From an uncultured Spirochaetota bacterium (GTDB lineage: Bacteria > Spirochaetota > Spirochaetia > SZUA-6 > Fen-1364): a stretch of DNA of 64,000 nt. Below the pieces are notes generated by a model, which did not search any database, had not been told where the DNA came from, and saw only the letters and a program-made list of their open reading frames with translations. The position numbers and the translations under genes are program-made. Every line of letters begins with the position of its first letter. The first letter of the stretch is position 1. Shown one piece after another: positions 48,873 through 59,628 of this stretch. Location: NCBI GenBank assembly GCA_963845535.1, contig CAWJSK010000012.1, forward strand, positions 480,001 to 544,000, written 5' to 3'.

Positions 48873-50843
48873 ATGGACAAGAGGATTGCGCTTTTTGCCG
48901 CGCTGGCCCTCCTGAGCGCTCGTGCGTGGGCGGAAGACCTGCCCGAGCTGCCGGAGACGGTCATCACGGCCACCCGGGAGCCCACCGGCATTCTCGATTC
49001 GCCGAGCTTCGTCACAGTCATCACGCAGAAGGACATCCAGGATTCCGGAGCCGCGGATCTGTCCGCGGTGCTTGCCGCGCAGAGCGGCGTGGTGGTCAAC
49101 GACAATGGTCCCCAGGGGCAGATCAAGACCGTCAGCATCCGCGGCTCGACATCCTCGCAGGTCCTTGTCCTCGTTGACGGGGTTCGACTGAACTCGAGCT
49201 TCGACGGATCCGTGGATTTTTCACAGATCCCCGTGGACAATATCGACCACATCGAGATCGTGCAGGGCGGTTCAGGCTCCCTGTGGGGCACCGGCGCGGT
49301 GGGCGGAGTCATCAACATCATAACGAAGAAAGCCGACAAGCCCGACATCAGCCTGAGCGTAGCCAATGGCAGTTTCATTCCCCATGACGGAACGGCAGTG
49401 ACCGAAACCGGAAACTATTCCGTGCCTGCCTCGGGCATGAACCTCCTTGACAACCAGAATGTGAACCTCTCCCTTGCCAGCAGGATCGGTGACGTCGGAC
49501 TGACAGGGGGCGGCTCCTTCACGCGCGCCATGAACGCATTCGTGTGGGATGACACCGCAGGTTTGGGCGATTGGAGACAGAGGAACAACGCGCAGGACCT
49601 CGCACAGAATGCGTATGCGGGCATGGAGCTTCCCCTCCTGGGAGGCTCGTTTTCCACGAAGGGCACGTTCACCCACTCCCTGATCGGCGTTCCGGGCACT
49701 CTCACGTTTGCAACCAGCCAGGAGACGCAGGAGGACACTTCAGCAACGGGCTCTTTCTCATACGGGACGGCCAGCTTCTTCAATGACAAGCTCTCCCTGG
49801 ACGTGAAGGGGGCGTACCGGTATTTCACGGAGCTCGTCCAAGACCCTGTAGCGCCTTTTGCTTTCACGAGCACCCATACAGGCAATGCGGCGAACGTGGA
49901 CCTTACGCAGAAGTTCGCTTTTTCCGACTTTGCGTCCGCGGTGTATGGAGGCACCGGTTCCTATGAAGTCGTCGACAGCACAAACCTCTCAGGGGGGAAT
50001 AGCAGGGTGAGCCTGGCCGGATTTCTGTCACTGCCCTTCACCCCTGCGGAGCCGCTCACCATCACGCCATCGATCCGGTATGACTATTATTCGGACTTTC
50101 CCGGCTTTCTGTCTTTTCAGATGGGATCAGTGCTGACTCTCTCCGATATTTCGTCGATTCACGCCACTTTCGGAAGCGCTTATCGCGTGCCCACTCTGAG
50201 TGATCTTTACTGGATCGATCCGTTCGGTACGATAGGCAATCCCAGTCTCAAGCCAGAAACGTCCTATAGCGGAGAAATCGGGTGGTCTCTCCAGGAAAAG
50301 GGCATTTCTCTGGAAGCCGCTGCTTTTGCCCGGTTCGTATTCAACCAGATCGAATGGGTCTACGACAGCCTGACCGTCACGACACAGCCCATCAATATCG
50401 ATGAATCATTTCTTCCCGGGTTCGAGGTCCACGGAAGAGTCAGCCTGACTGATCACTTCTCTGTTCAGGCAGACTATGCCTTTATCTACAGCTTCCTGCT
50501 CCAGTACCCGGGGTTCAATTATCAGCTCTCCGACAACCAGAGGGTTCCCATGGTGCCCGTAAACAATCTGACTCTGGCTGTCAAATACCAGGATTCGATG
50601 AACACGGCATCCGTTGAGGCGCGGTACGTCAGCGAAAAGACGTATTTCGATTCCGGCACGTCAGCCTGGGCCACGCTCGGGGGTTACGTTGTTCTCAACG
50701 CCGGCTACAGGATTCAGGCAACAAGCTCGCTTGCGTTTTCAATAAGGCTGCTGAACTTCCTCGATACGTTGTATTATACGCAGTACGGTGGCTACCCCAT
50801 GCCGCCGTTTTCGATCGTGACGGGCATGCAGCTGAAACTGTAG
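48873..50843 (+). CDS. btuB: TonB-dependent receptor, BtuB-like cobalamin importer
   Basis: Signal peptide; ETVITATR TonB box; SIRG..SSQVLVLVDGVRLN and IDHIEIVQG..LWG..AVGGVINIIT plug; GNPSLKPE; riboswitch upstream. Confidence 0.85.
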   Translation: MDKRIALFAALALLSARAWAEDLPELPETVITATREPTGILDSPSFVTVITQKDIQDSGAADLSAVLAAQSGVVVNDNGPQGQIKTVSIRGSTSSQVLVLVDGVRLNSSFDGSVDFSQIPVDNIDHIEIVQGGSGSLWGTGAVGGVINIITKKADKPDISLSVANGSFIPHDGTAVTETGNYSVPASGMNLLDNQNVNLSLASRIGDVGLTGGGSFTRAMNAFVWDDTAGLGDWRQRNNAQDLAQNAYAGMELPLLGGSFSTKGTFTHSLIGVPGTLTFATSQETQEDTSATGSFSYGTASFFNDKLSLDVKGAYRYFTELVQDPVAPFAFTSTHTGNAANVDLTQKFAFSDFASAVYGGTGSYEVVDSTNLSGGNSRVSLAGFLSLPFTPAEPLTITPSIRYDYYSDFPGFLSFQMGSVLTLSDISSIHATFGSAYRVPTLSDLYWIDPFGTIGNPSLKPETSYSGEIGWSLQEKGISLEAAAFARFVFNQIEWVYDSLTVTTQPINIDESFLPGFEVHGRVSLTDHFSVQADYAFIYSFLLQYPGFNYQLSDNQRVPMVPVNNLTLAVKYQDSMNTASVEARYVSEKTYFDSGTSAWATLGGYVVLNAGYRIQATSSLAFSIRLLNFLDTLYYTQYGGYPMPPFSIVTGMQLKL

Positions 50844-50850
50844 GGAGACG

Positions 50851-51684
50851 ATGAAAGAGAAGGGCGGCCATTTCGTTCGGGCATCCGCTATCGCGCTCGC
50901 CGCGCACGCCCTTCTCTTCCTTGTATTCGCGCAGCTCATCCGCGGCAACGCGGTGGGGAACCCTGGCCTGGGGCTGGTGGAGATCCAGCTCTCAGGCGAT
51001 GGCGATGGGAGCGGTGGAGGCGGGGTCGCGGGTCGCGCTGACAAGGGTGTGCCCGGGCCCCCGCATGCCCCGAAAGCACGGCCGGCTCCGGTGCTTGCCC
51101 CCGCCCCCTCGCGCGCGCCTGCGTCGACGCCTTCCCTGTCGCCATCGCCTGCGCCTTCCCTGTCGCCTTCCACCTCTTCGCCCGTGCAAAGCCCGGCGGC
51201 CGCAGCTCCGATACAAACCCCGGCGAGCACTCCCGCGGAACAGTGGCCGCCGGTCCCCGGCCCCGAAGGCGGCAGGGGCGCCGGGACCGGGAGCAATCCC
51301 ACAGCGGTGGGGGCCGGGGGCGGCAGCGGCGGCTGGGGCGGGGGATCAGGGGGCGGGCCCATGGGGGGCTTGCCGGCTACAATCGCGGACATCGACGCTG
51401 TGCCCTTGCAGCCAATCGCAGCCCCCTACCCCGCCAGAGCGAAGAGACTCGGTCAACAGGGCCTCGTGAAGGTGCGCGTCGATATCGATGATCAGGGGAT
51501 CGTCGTCGAGGATCAGGTCATCGTGTCATCGGGATTTGCTGACCTCGACAACGCCGCGTTGGATGCCGTGAGGAGGGCCCGGTTCCTGCCGGCGAAGAAA
51601 AACGGAAAATCCGTGCCGTCACGCTATGTCATTCCAATCCGGTTCAGGCTGGAGCAAGACCGGTCATTCTCATCGCAGGATTAA
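50851..51684 (+). CDS. tonB: Energy transducer TonB
   Basis: N-terminal TM with S......H, Pro/Gly-rich linker, YPARAKRLGQQGLV, SSG...LD.AALDAVRR.RF.PA, IPIRF. Confidence 0.9.
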   Translation: MKEKGGHFVRASAIALAAHALLFLVFAQLIRGNAVGNPGLGLVEIQLSGDGDGSGGGGVAGRADKGVPGPPHAPKARPAPVLAPAPSRAPASTPSLSPSPAPSLSPSTSSPVQSPAAAAPIQTPASTPAEQWPPVPGPEGGRGAGTGSNPTAVGAGGGSGGWGGGSGGGPMGGLPATIADIDAVPLQPIAAPYPARAKRLGQQGLVKVRVDIDDQGIVVEDQVIVSSGFADLDNAALDAVRRARFLPAKKNGKSVPSRYVIPIRFRLEQDRSFSSQD

Positions 51685-51795
51685 AAAAACACTTGCGGTG
51701 GGCAGAAAACTGCATCAGAATAGTCTTTTGTTCAATTATATCCATTTTCGTGATAGAATAATCGCGGTCGTCAAGCGCGAACGGGAGATTTGGTT

Positions 51796-54336
51796 ATGAA
51801 GCACATCGGCTCCAAGCTGGTCCTTGTAGGCACCGTCCTCATGATCGTACCGCTTCTGCTCCTGGCCTTTCTGGCCGTCACGAGGTCCAGCGCGGCGCTC
51901 GAGAAGCTGGGAAATGATCAGATGATCGGCAGATCCCGTGAGATTGCCAGCGTGATCGACCGGGTGTTGACGGAGGAGCGCAGGTTCGCGCTCGTCATGG
52001 CCAATGATTTCGACGTGATCGACGCGGCAAAGGCCGTCGACGAGAAAGGATTGGCCAAGGCCGGTCCAATCGCTGCCGACATCAGCAGGAAGCTTTCCCC
52101 GTACGAGAAGAACCCATTGATCCATTGGACGTATGAGGCGGCGCTTGTTTCCGACATCAACGGCCAGGTGTTCGCCTCTTCGAAAGACGCGTGGAGCGGA
52201 GCATCGATCGCCGACACTGAGTATTTCAAGAAAGCCAAGAGCGGCGTTACGGACATTGGGCAAGTCTTTGCCAGCAAGGTCACCAACCTTCCGGTGGTTC
52301 CCATAGCGACCCCTATCCGCATCGTGGACACCCAGGAAATCGTCGGCGTCTATGTGGTCCTCATCAGCATCAACTTCCTCTCGGAAGTCATTGCGGACGA
52401 AAGGATCGGCTCCACCGGCTACGCATTCGTCCTCGATGAGAACGGAATGGTGATTGCCCATCCCAATCCGGCGTACATCATGAAGCTCAATGCTCTTCAG
52501 GAGCCGGGGCTGAAAGACCTGGCCAAGAACATGGTCAACGGCGGCGCTGGTGTGGCTGTCTACACGTTTCAGGGTGTCTCCCAGAAAGCGGGATACGCAA
52601 TGGCGAAGAGCACCTCGTGGAGCGTGGCTTTGACGATGAACGCCGACGAGGACGTCTACATCCTCACCGCAACGAGCCTGCGCAACCTGTTCCTCATCAT
52701 CAGCGGCGGCGCGCTGGTGCTGGCATTCTTCATCTACCTGTTCTTCTCCCGCTCCATCACCGTGCCCCTCTCTCGTGGGGTGGCGTTTGCCCAGACAATC
52801 GCCTCGGGGGATTTCACCCAGCGGCTGCCCACCAACCGCAGTGACGAGGTGGGGAGGCTGGCGGAGGCGCTGAACACCATGTCCACCCGCCTTGCCACCA
52901 TGGTGGCCACGGTGCAGGAGAGCGCCCACCAGGTGGCGGCTGCCAGCGGGCAGCTTTCGGCCAGCGCGCAGTCGCTGGCGGAGAGCGCGCAGAGCCAGGC
53001 CTCCACGCTGGAAGAGACCTCCGCCTCCGTGGAGGAGCTGACAGCCAGCGTGGACCAGGTCAGCGAGCACGCCCAGACGCAGGTCACCGCGGTGACGCAG
53101 GGGACCACCTCCATGGCCAACGTGCAGAAGTCCATCGAGGAGGTCTCCCACAGCCTGGGAGAGATATCGGTGCTGGCCAACCAGTCGGTGGAGAAGTCCC
53201 AGGAGGGGGCGGCAGCGGTCAACCAGGTGGTGGAGGGCATCACGCGGATTGCCGAAAGCTCGCAGAAGATCGGCGGGATCGTGGAGGTGATCTCCGACAT
53301 CGCTGACCAGACCAACCTGCTGGCCCTCAACGCCTCCATCGAGGCCGCCCGAGCGGGGGAGCACGGGCGGGGTTTTGCCGTGGTGGCGCAGGAGGTGAGC
53401 AAGCTGGCGGACCGCTCCTCGGCTTCCACCAAGGAGATCGAGAGCCTGATCAGGGAGAGCGTGAAGAACGTGACCCAGGGGGTGGCCATCGCCAACGGTT
53501 CAGCGGGGGCCATGGAGCAGATACGAGACAGCTCGCAGAAGGTGCAGCGCATGATCGGGGAGCTGTCGGGGAGCATGTCGCGCCAGGTGGCCGCCATACG
53601 AGAGCTTGCCAGGGCGTTGGAGAAGATCAACCAGATGAGCGCGGGCATCTCGGCTGCCACCGAGGAGCAGACCGCCAACTCGCGCCAGGTATCCAAGGCG
53701 GTGGAGCACGTCAACGAGCTGACGCAGGCAGCCGCCTCCTCGGCGGAGGAAATGTCAGGGGCCACTGAGGAGCTTTCCCGCATGGCCAACGAGCTGCAGC
53801 GGCTGGTGGGACAGTTCAAGATTGCCGCCCAGGACGGCGCCCGCCAGGACGCCCGGCAGCCAGGAGCCACTCTGTCCCACGGTGAGGCGCGGGAGCTTGC
53901 AGCCGGTCAGGCGGAGGCTTCGACGGCCGGTGTTTCCCTGCTCAACGCTTCGGGGGAAGAGCGCATCCGATTCATAACGCACGATGAACAGAAAATTCTG
54001 TACGTTGATTTCTCCCATGGCTCCCTGCATGAGATGCACTCAATCATCGCGGAATCGGCAAAGGTCATCAGGAGCCAGCCGGCGAAATCCCTCCTGCTGC
54101 TGACGAACGTTGAAAAGCAGGCTTTCAATACCTCAGCGGCCACGGAGATGCAAAAGTATGCCCAGGGAAACGAGCCATTCGTCTTCGCGGCCGCGGTGAT
54201 CGGGTTGGACGGGCTCAAGAGGATCGTTTATGAGACCATTCGCAAGGCAAGCGGTCAGAATATGATGGCGTTTTCGGGCTTCGAGGAGGCCAAGCAATGG
54301 CTCGTGGCGCGGAAAAAAGAGCTTGCCATGGCTTAA
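51796..54336 (+). CDS. Methyl-accepting chemotaxis protein (Cache, HAMP, MA) with extra C-terminal STAS/SEC14-like domain
   Basis: Two TMs, [15 protein letters not shown] Cache motif, [41 protein letters not shown]; about 120 extra C-terminal residues. Confidence 0.93.
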   Translation: MKHIGSKLVLVGTVLMIVPLLLLAFLAVTRSSAALEKLGNDQMIGRSREIASVIDRVLTEERRFALVMANDFDVIDAAKAVDEKGLAKAGPIAADISRKLSPYEKNPLIHWTYEAALVSDINGQVFASSKDAWSGASIADTEYFKKAKSGVTDIGQVFASKVTNLPVVPIATPIRIVDTQEIVGVYVVLISINFLSEVIADERIGSTGYAFVLDENGMVIAHPNPAYIMKLNALQEPGLKDLAKNMVNGGAGVAVYTFQGVSQKAGYAMAKSTSWSVALTMNADEDVYILTATSLRNLFLIISGGALVLAFFIYLFFSRSITVPLSRGVAFAQTIASGDFTQRLPTNRSDEVGRLAEALNTMSTRLATMVATVQESAHQVAAASGQLSASAQSLAESAQSQASTLEETSASVEELTASVDQVSEHAQTQVTAVTQGTTSMANVQKSIEEVSHSLGEISVLANQSVEKSQEGAAAVNQVVEGITRIAESSQKIGGIVEVISDIADQTNLLALNASIEAARAGEHGRGFAVVAQEVSKLADRSSASTKEIESLIRESVKNVTQGVAIANGSAGAMEQIRDSSQKVQRMIGELSGSMSRQVAAIRELARALEKINQMSAGISAATEEQTANSRQVSKAVEHVNELTQAAASSAEEMSGATEELSRMANELQRLVGQFKIAAQDGARQDARQPGATLSHGEARELAAGQAEASTAGVSLLNASGEERIRFITHDEQKILYVDFSHGSLHEMHSIIAESAKVIRSQPAKSLLLLTNVEKQAFNTSAATEMQKYAQGNEPFVFAAAVIGLDGLKRIVYETIRKASGQNMMAFSGFEEAKQWLVARKKELAMA
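52656..53840 (+). repeat. ~1185-bp near-identical direct repeat, copy 1
   Basis: Matches 55270-56454 (offset 2614); about 8 substitutions counted by eye. Confidence 0.92.
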
Positions 54337-54403
54337 CAAATCTCTCACAATGGGAGTTTACGCTCATGGATAAAGTACCAACCAAGGACGGCCGGAGAGC
54401 TCC

Positions 54404-56557
54404 ATGAAGAACATCCGCATCGGTTTCAAGCTCGTTGCGGTGGGCACCATACTCATCATTGTCCCCCTGGCGCTGCTGGCCTTCTTTGCAATCACGCGCT
54501 CAGGAGCGTCGCTTTCACTGCTCAGCAATCAGGAGCTTACGGAGCGCTCGCGGGAGATCGCCCGAGTCATCGACCGCGTTTTCCTTGAAGAGAGCCGCTT
54601 CGCGCTCGCATTGGCCTCGGATTTCGACGTCATCCAGTCCGCCGCGGACGTGGACCAGAAAGGCGTTGCCAAGGCTGGTGACATCGTCCAGAAGGTCGAC
54701 ATGAAGCTTTCCCCGTATGAAAAGAACGCTGAGATCCACTGGACGTATGAGGCGGCAATCGTCGCGGACAACGGCGGCAACGTTTTCGCCTCTTCCACCG
54801 CTGCCTGGGTCGGAGCGTCGGTCGCCAACACGCGCTATTTCCAGGAGGCAATGGGCGGAAAGGCAAATATCGGGGAGGTCTTTTTCAGCAAGATCACCAA
54901 CATGCCTATTGTGCCCGTTGCCACACCGATCCGGGACCCAGAGACCAACCAGGTCCTCGGCGTCTATGCTACGCTCATCAATATCAGCTTCCTTACGGAA
55001 ATCATCGCGAATGAGAAAATCGGCGCCAATGGCTACGCGTTCGTCATCGATCAGAACGGAATGGTGATTGCCCACCCGAAGCCTCAATACATCCTGAAGC
55101 TCAACCTCCTTCAGACCGACGGGCTGAAGGAATTGGGGAAGGAAATGGTGGGCGGAAAAACCGATGTTGTTTCGTACATCTTCGAAAGCGTTCACAAAAA
55201 GGCGGGATTTGCGCCCATGAAAAATGTCGCGTGGAGCGTCGGCCTGACGATGAACGATGATGAAGACACCTACATCCTCACCGCAACGAGCCTGCGCAAC
55301 CTGTTCCTCATCATCAGCGGCGGCGCGCTGGTGCTGGCATTCTTCATCTATCTGTTCTTCTCCCGCTCCATCACCGTGCCCCTCTCTCGTGGGGTGGCGT
55401 TTGCCCAGACAATCGCCTCGGGGGATTTCACCCAGCGGCTGCCCACCAACCGCAGTGACGAGGTGGGGAGGCTGGCGGAGGCGCTGAACACCATGTCCAC
55501 CCGCCTTGCCACCATGGTGGCCACGGTGCAGGAGAGCGCCCACCAGGTGGCGGCTGCCAGCGGGCAGCTTTCGGCCAGCGCGCAGTCGCTGGCGGAGAGC
55601 GCGCAGAGCCAGGCCTCCACGCTGGAAGAGACCTCCGCCTCCGTGGAGGAGCTGACAGCCAGCGTGGACCAGGTCAGCGAGCACGCCCAGACGCAGGTCA
55701 CCGCGGTGACGCAGGGGACCACCTCCATGGCCAACGTGCAGAAGTCCATCGAGGAGGTCTCCCACAGCCTGGGAGAGATATCGGTGCTGGCCAACCAGTC
55801 GGTGGAGAAGTCCCAGGAGGGGGCGGCAGCGGTCAACCAGGTGGTGGAGGGCATCACGCGGATTGCCGAAAGCTCGCAGAAGATCGGCGGGATCGTGGAG
55901 GTGATCTCCGACATCGCCGACCAGACCAACCTGCTGGCCCTCAACGCCTCCATCGAGGCCGCCCGAGCGGGGGAGCACGGGCGGGGGTTTGCCGTGGTGG
56001 CGCAGGAGGTCAGCAAGCTGGCGGACCGTTCCTCGGCTTCCACCAAGGAGATCGAGAGCCTGATCAGGGAGAGCGTGAAGAACGTGACCCAGGGGGTGGC
56101 CATCGCCAACGGTTCGGCGGGGGCCATGGAGCAGATACGAGACAGCTCGCAGAAGGTGCAGCGCATGATCGGGGAGCTGTCGGGGAGCATGTCGCGCCAG
56201 GTGGCCGCCATACGAGAGCTTGCCAGGGCGTTGGAGAAGATCAACCAGATGAGCGCGGGCATCTCGGCTGCCACCGAGGAGCAGACCGCCAACTCGCGCC
56301 AGGTATCCAAGGCGGTGGAGCACGTCAACGAGCTGACGCAGGCAGCCGCCTCCTCGGCGGAGGAGATGTCAGGGGCCACTGAGGAGCTTTCCCGCATGGC
56401 CCACGAGCTGCAGCGGCTGGTGGGACAGTTCAAGATTGCCGCCCAGGACGGCGCGCAGGCCCAGGGGTTGGCGGAAGGGAATGCCAGCGTGGAAGCACGG
56501 CGCCCTTTGCGGGTGACAGGCCCGGGCGTCGGGCCAGGCGTTCAACCGCTGAACTGA
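54404..56557 (+). CDS. Methyl-accepting chemotaxis protein (Cache, HAMP, MA), tandem paralog
   Basis: Same architecture as the upstream MCP but without the C-terminal domain. Confidence 0.95.
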   Translation: MKNIRIGFKLVAVGTILIIVPLALLAFFAITRSGASLSLLSNQELTERSREIARVIDRVFLEESRFALALASDFDVIQSAADVDQKGVAKAGDIVQKVDMKLSPYEKNAEIHWTYEAAIVADNGGNVFASSTAAWVGASVANTRYFQEAMGGKANIGEVFFSKITNMPIVPVATPIRDPETNQVLGVYATLINISFLTEIIANEKIGANGYAFVIDQNGMVIAHPKPQYILKLNLLQTDGLKELGKEMVGGKTDVVSYIFESVHKKAGFAPMKNVAWSVGLTMNDDEDTYILTATSLRNLFLIISGGALVLAFFIYLFFSRSITVPLSRGVAFAQTIASGDFTQRLPTNRSDEVGRLAEALNTMSTRLATMVATVQESAHQVAAASGQLSASAQSLAESAQSQASTLEETSASVEELTASVDQVSEHAQTQVTAVTQGTTSMANVQKSIEEVSHSLGEISVLANQSVEKSQEGAAAVNQVVEGITRIAESSQKIGGIVEVISDIADQTNLLALNASIEAARAGEHGRGFAVVAQEVSKLADRSSASTKEIESLIRESVKNVTQGVAIANGSAGAMEQIRDSSQKVQRMIGELSGSMSRQVAAIRELARALEKINQMSAGISAATEEQTANSRQVSKAVEHVNELTQAAASSAEEMSGATEELSRMAHELQRLVGQFKIAAQDGAQAQGLAEGNASVEARRPLRVTGPGVGPGVQPLN
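55270..56454 (+). repeat. ~1185-bp near-identical direct repeat, copy 2
   Basis: Matches 52656-53840. Confidence 0.92.
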
Positions 56558-56579
56558 TTGTCTGCTTTTCAGGCCCTTC

Positions 56580-57764
56580 ATGAACCGAACTGCAATCCGA
56601 GCGCTGTTCACCGCTTCCCTGCTGTTTTTCGGCGCACTCTACACCTACGTGCCTGCCCTTCCCGCCTACATCGCGGGACGCACCACCAGCCTGACCGCGG
56701 TTGGCGTGGTACTCTCCATGTACGGCCTGTGGATGGCGCTGCTGCGGATCCCGCTCGGCGTGGTCACGGATGCGACCGGCCGCAACAAGCCGTATCTTAT
56801 CGGCGGCGTCCTCATGGCTGGAGCCGGCGCAATGGTCATGATGGTGGGCCGGTCAGTGGGGCCGCTCGCCGTTGGACGCGCTCTGACCGGAGTTTCCGCC
56901 GCGGCCTGGGTCCCCTTGATGGTGGTGTTTGCCGGCTATTTCCCGCCCGAGCGGACGATCTTTGCGACATCCCTCGCCTCTTTCGCCTCATCGTTCGGCC
57001 AGATGGTGGGGACAAGCTCCACCGGTTTCCTCGAGTCCTGGGGGGGCCGGGACATGCCGTTCGTTGCGGCGGCCGCGCTGGCGCTGGTCTCGGCGGCTAT
57101 CGTGATGTTCGTGCGGATCCCGCGCAAGGACGCGGCTCATCGGGGAATGGTCAGCGCCCGTTCCATACTTTCCGTTTTCTCCCGCCGCGACGTCCTGGTC
57201 CCTTCGTTCACCAATGCCCTGTGCCAGTTCGGAGTGTGGGCCATCACGTTCGGGTTCATGCCTCTCCTGGCAAAACGGATGGGGGCCGGCGCGGTGGCAG
57301 TCAGCCTGCTCCTGACGATGAATATCGCCGCCAACACGGCGGCCAATCTCTTTGCCACCGTTGTCGCGGGGCGCGGGGGCAGAAGGGTTCTCCTCTACGG
57401 AAGCTTCGCCGCCTTTGCGTTGGGAGCGGCGTTGGCGGCCGCATCCGGAACCGTCGGTCTCCTGTTCGTGGCAACGATCATGATGGGACTGGCAAACGGC
57501 CTGTTTTTCCCGATCCTGCTCGGGCTCTCAATCGAGCACGTGGACGCCTTCCATCGAAGCACCGCGATGGGCATCCACCAGGCCGTCTATGCCGTGGGGA
57601 TGTTCACCGGGCCGTGGATAGGCGGGGTCATCGCGGACGCGGTGGGAATCCGCGACATGTTCGCCATCGTGGCTGTGTTCTCCCTCATTGCGCCGAGCAT
57701 CCTCATCAGCCAAAACCGCGCGCCAGGCGCGCGGCAAGCCCCGCAAATCAAAACGCAGCCATGA
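56580..57764 (+). CDS. MFS transporter
   Basis: About 12 TMs; GVVTDATGRNK motif A; GRALTG; GPWIGG. Confidence 0.9.
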   Translation: MNRTAIRALFTASLLFFGALYTYVPALPAYIAGRTTSLTAVGVVLSMYGLWMALLRIPLGVVTDATGRNKPYLIGGVLMAGAGAMVMMVGRSVGPLAVGRALTGVSAAAWVPLMVVFAGYFPPERTIFATSLASFASSFGQMVGTSSTGFLESWGGRDMPFVAAAALALVSAAIVMFVRIPRKDAAHRGMVSARSILSVFSRRDVLVPSFTNALCQFGVWAITFGFMPLLAKRMGAGAVAVSLLLTMNIAANTAANLFATVVAGRGGRRVLLYGSFAAFALGAALAAASGTVGLLFVATIMMGLANGLFFPILLGLSIEHVDAFHRSTAMGIHQAVYAVGMFTGPWIGGVIADAVGIRDMFAIVAVFSLIAPSILISQNRAPGARQAPQIKTQP

Positions 57765-57773
57765 AACAGGTCG

Positions 57774-58028
57774 TCAAACCCCCGGACCGGCGGCCTTCTC
57801 TTTCTTCGAAGCTGCGGCCTTCTTTTCTTCCACGCGCAGCTTCCGGCTGTACAGGAACACAACGAGCGCGGCGATCATCACACCGTTCGACAAGTCTGAC
57901 GCCAGTTTTTTCGGAATGGGGACACCCAGGAGCCCGAGAACAGCCATCCCTATGAGCAGGGCGCCGAGCCCTGCAAGGACAATCATCAGGTGGTTGGCTT
58001 TCAGCTTGAACGGGAACTCGAACTTCAT
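57774..58028 (-). CDS. Small two-TM membrane protein
   Basis: Two hydrophobic helices and a Lys-rich tail; ATGA overlap with mtnA. Confidence 0.7.
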   Translation of the reverse strand: MKFEFPFKLKANHLMIVLAGLGALLIGMAVLGLLGVPIPKKLASDLSNGVMIAALVVFLYSRKLRVEEKKAAASKKEKAAGPGV

Positions 58029-59083
58029 CGTTTTACTCCTTGGGAAGCAAGCCTTGCAAGCGACTCGGTGAACGGCGCAAGAGCAATGCCGCGCTCCGTG
58101 ACGATTGCGGTGATCAGCTCATGGTCGGTTACATCGAAAGCGGGATTGTAGACCTTGACGCCGGCGGGAGCCATTCGGCGCGCGTACCACTTCTCCGTCA
58201 CCTCTTCGGCTTTCCTCTGCTCGATGGGAATCTCGGCGCCCGTCGGGCATTTCAAGTCCACGGTAGACAGCGGCGCGTGCACGTAAAAAGGAATGCCGTA
58301 GTGTCGGGCAAGGATTGCCACGCCGGAAGTCCCGATCTTGTTGGCCGTGTCGCCGTTGGCGGCCACACGATCGCATCCTACCAACACTGCCTGCACCCTA
58401 CCCTGCTTCATGACGATTGATGCCATGTTGTCGCAAATGACCGTCACGTCGATTCCCGCCTGAGCAAGCTCCCACGAGGTCAGCCGCACGCCCTGGAGAA
58501 GCGGGCGCGTCTCATCCGCGTAGACTTTGAAACCGTAGCCCCGTTCTGCCCCGAGATACATCGCGGCGGTTGCCGTTCCCCATCGAGAGGTCGCCAGGAC
58601 CCCTGCGTTGCAGTGCGTCAGCAGGCCCCAGCCTTTTTGCAAAAGAGACAGGGAATGCTCGCCGATGCTCCTGCACGTCTCCCCGTCCTCGAACTGTATG
58701 GCCTCCGCCTCAGCCTTCAGCGCTGCCTTTGCTTCTGGAGGAGCCAAATCTTTTGCTTTGGCCAGTCGGGCTTCCATTCGGTCCAGGGCCCAGAACAGGT
58801 TCACCGCCGTGGGACGCGCGGTGGCGAGGTGCTTCTTCACGCCGGCGAACTCCGCTGTAAGCTCCGCGTGAGTCTTTGCAGTCGAGCCGCGAATGCCGAG
58901 GTAAGCGCCATGCGCGGCTGCAATGCCAATGGCGGGCGCGCCTCGTACGCGAAGCTCGTACATGGCCTCCCATATCTCCTTCTGCGTTGCCAGACGCAGG
59001 AAGACCGTTTCACCGGGGAGGCGGGTCTGGTCCAGGATGACAAGGACACCCGCCTCGTCGTCAAGCCGAACAGGATCGATCAT
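58025..59083 (-). CDS. mtnA: S-methyl-5-thioribose-1-phosphate isomerase
   Basis: LDQTRLP, VRGAPAIG, RPTAVNL, THCNAG, ETRPLLQG, NGDTANKIGT, NPAFDVT. Confidence 0.93.
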   Translation of the reverse strand: MIDPVRLDDEAGVLVILDQTRLPGETVFLRLATQKEIWEAMYELRVRGAPAIGIAAAHGAYLGIRGSTAKTHAELTAEFAGVKKHLATARPTAVNLFWALDRMEARLAKAKDLAPPEAKAALKAEAEAIQFEDGETCRSIGEHSLSLLQKGWGLLTHCNAGVLATSRWGTATAAMYLGAERGYGFKVYADETRPLLQGVRLTSWELAQAGIDVTVICDNMASIVMKQGRVQAVLVGCDRVAANGDTANKIGTSGVAILARHYGIPFYVHAPLSTVDLKCPTGAEIPIEQRKAEEVTEKWYARRMAPAGVKVYNPAFDVTDHELITAIVTERGIALAPFTESLARLASQGVKR

Positions 59084-59162
59084 GGGACCAGGATATCATG
59101 AAGCCGGCGGGTTTTTCACTTGAGATTATCCCCACGCAGCCCGATACCGTTGGTACCAGCCC

Positions 59163-59603
59163 ATGAAAAGGAAGAACGGACTTCTGATCGGCTTGCTCCT
59201 GGCGCTCCTCATCCTCCCCGCCGCAGACGCAGTGACTGCGCCTGCTATTTCCGACGCCATCTGGCACTCGAAACTGTGCGTGAAAGACGGCGTTTCGGAT
59301 TTCGGCAACAGGACTTTTGGCGATCTTTTCCGTGACGCGAAGTTCCAGGAAGTGGTCACCCGTGAAGGCGTGACGGTGACGTTCCAACTCGAACCGAAAA
59401 GCGTGAACGGAAGCGAAGCGGTCATCGACTTCATCATGAAACGCGATGGTGTGGAATCCGAAAGGTTCAGCTTCTCTTTCCGCTGCCTGGGCGCCTACAC
59501 CTTGCTGTACAAGTTGGAAAGCGACCGGGGGACCGTCCAGGGATCTGACGAGCTTTTGAGGGCGATGAACCTGTTCTACCTCCCCTGCCTTCTCGATCAG
59601 TAA
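59163..59603 (+). CDS. Secreted hypothetical protein
   Basis: MKRKNGLLIGLLLALLILPAADA signal peptide. Confidence 0.7.
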   Translation: MKRKNGLLIGLLLALLILPAADAVTAPAISDAIWHSKLCVKDGVSDFGNRTFGDLFRDAKFQEVVTREGVTVTFQLEPKSVNGSEAVIDFIMKRDGVESERFSFSFRCLGAYTLLYKLESDRGTVQGSDELLRAMNLFYLPCLLDQ

Positions 59604-59628
59604 CCGGCTCCTCCCCGGCCCAAGCGCT

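Noticed and set aside
51128..51167. 24-nt-period repeat in tonB
   Set aside because: Normal Pro/Ser linker.
56558..57955. 465-aa plus-strand alternate-frame ORF
   Set aside because: Arg/Pro-rich off-frame reading of the MFS gene.
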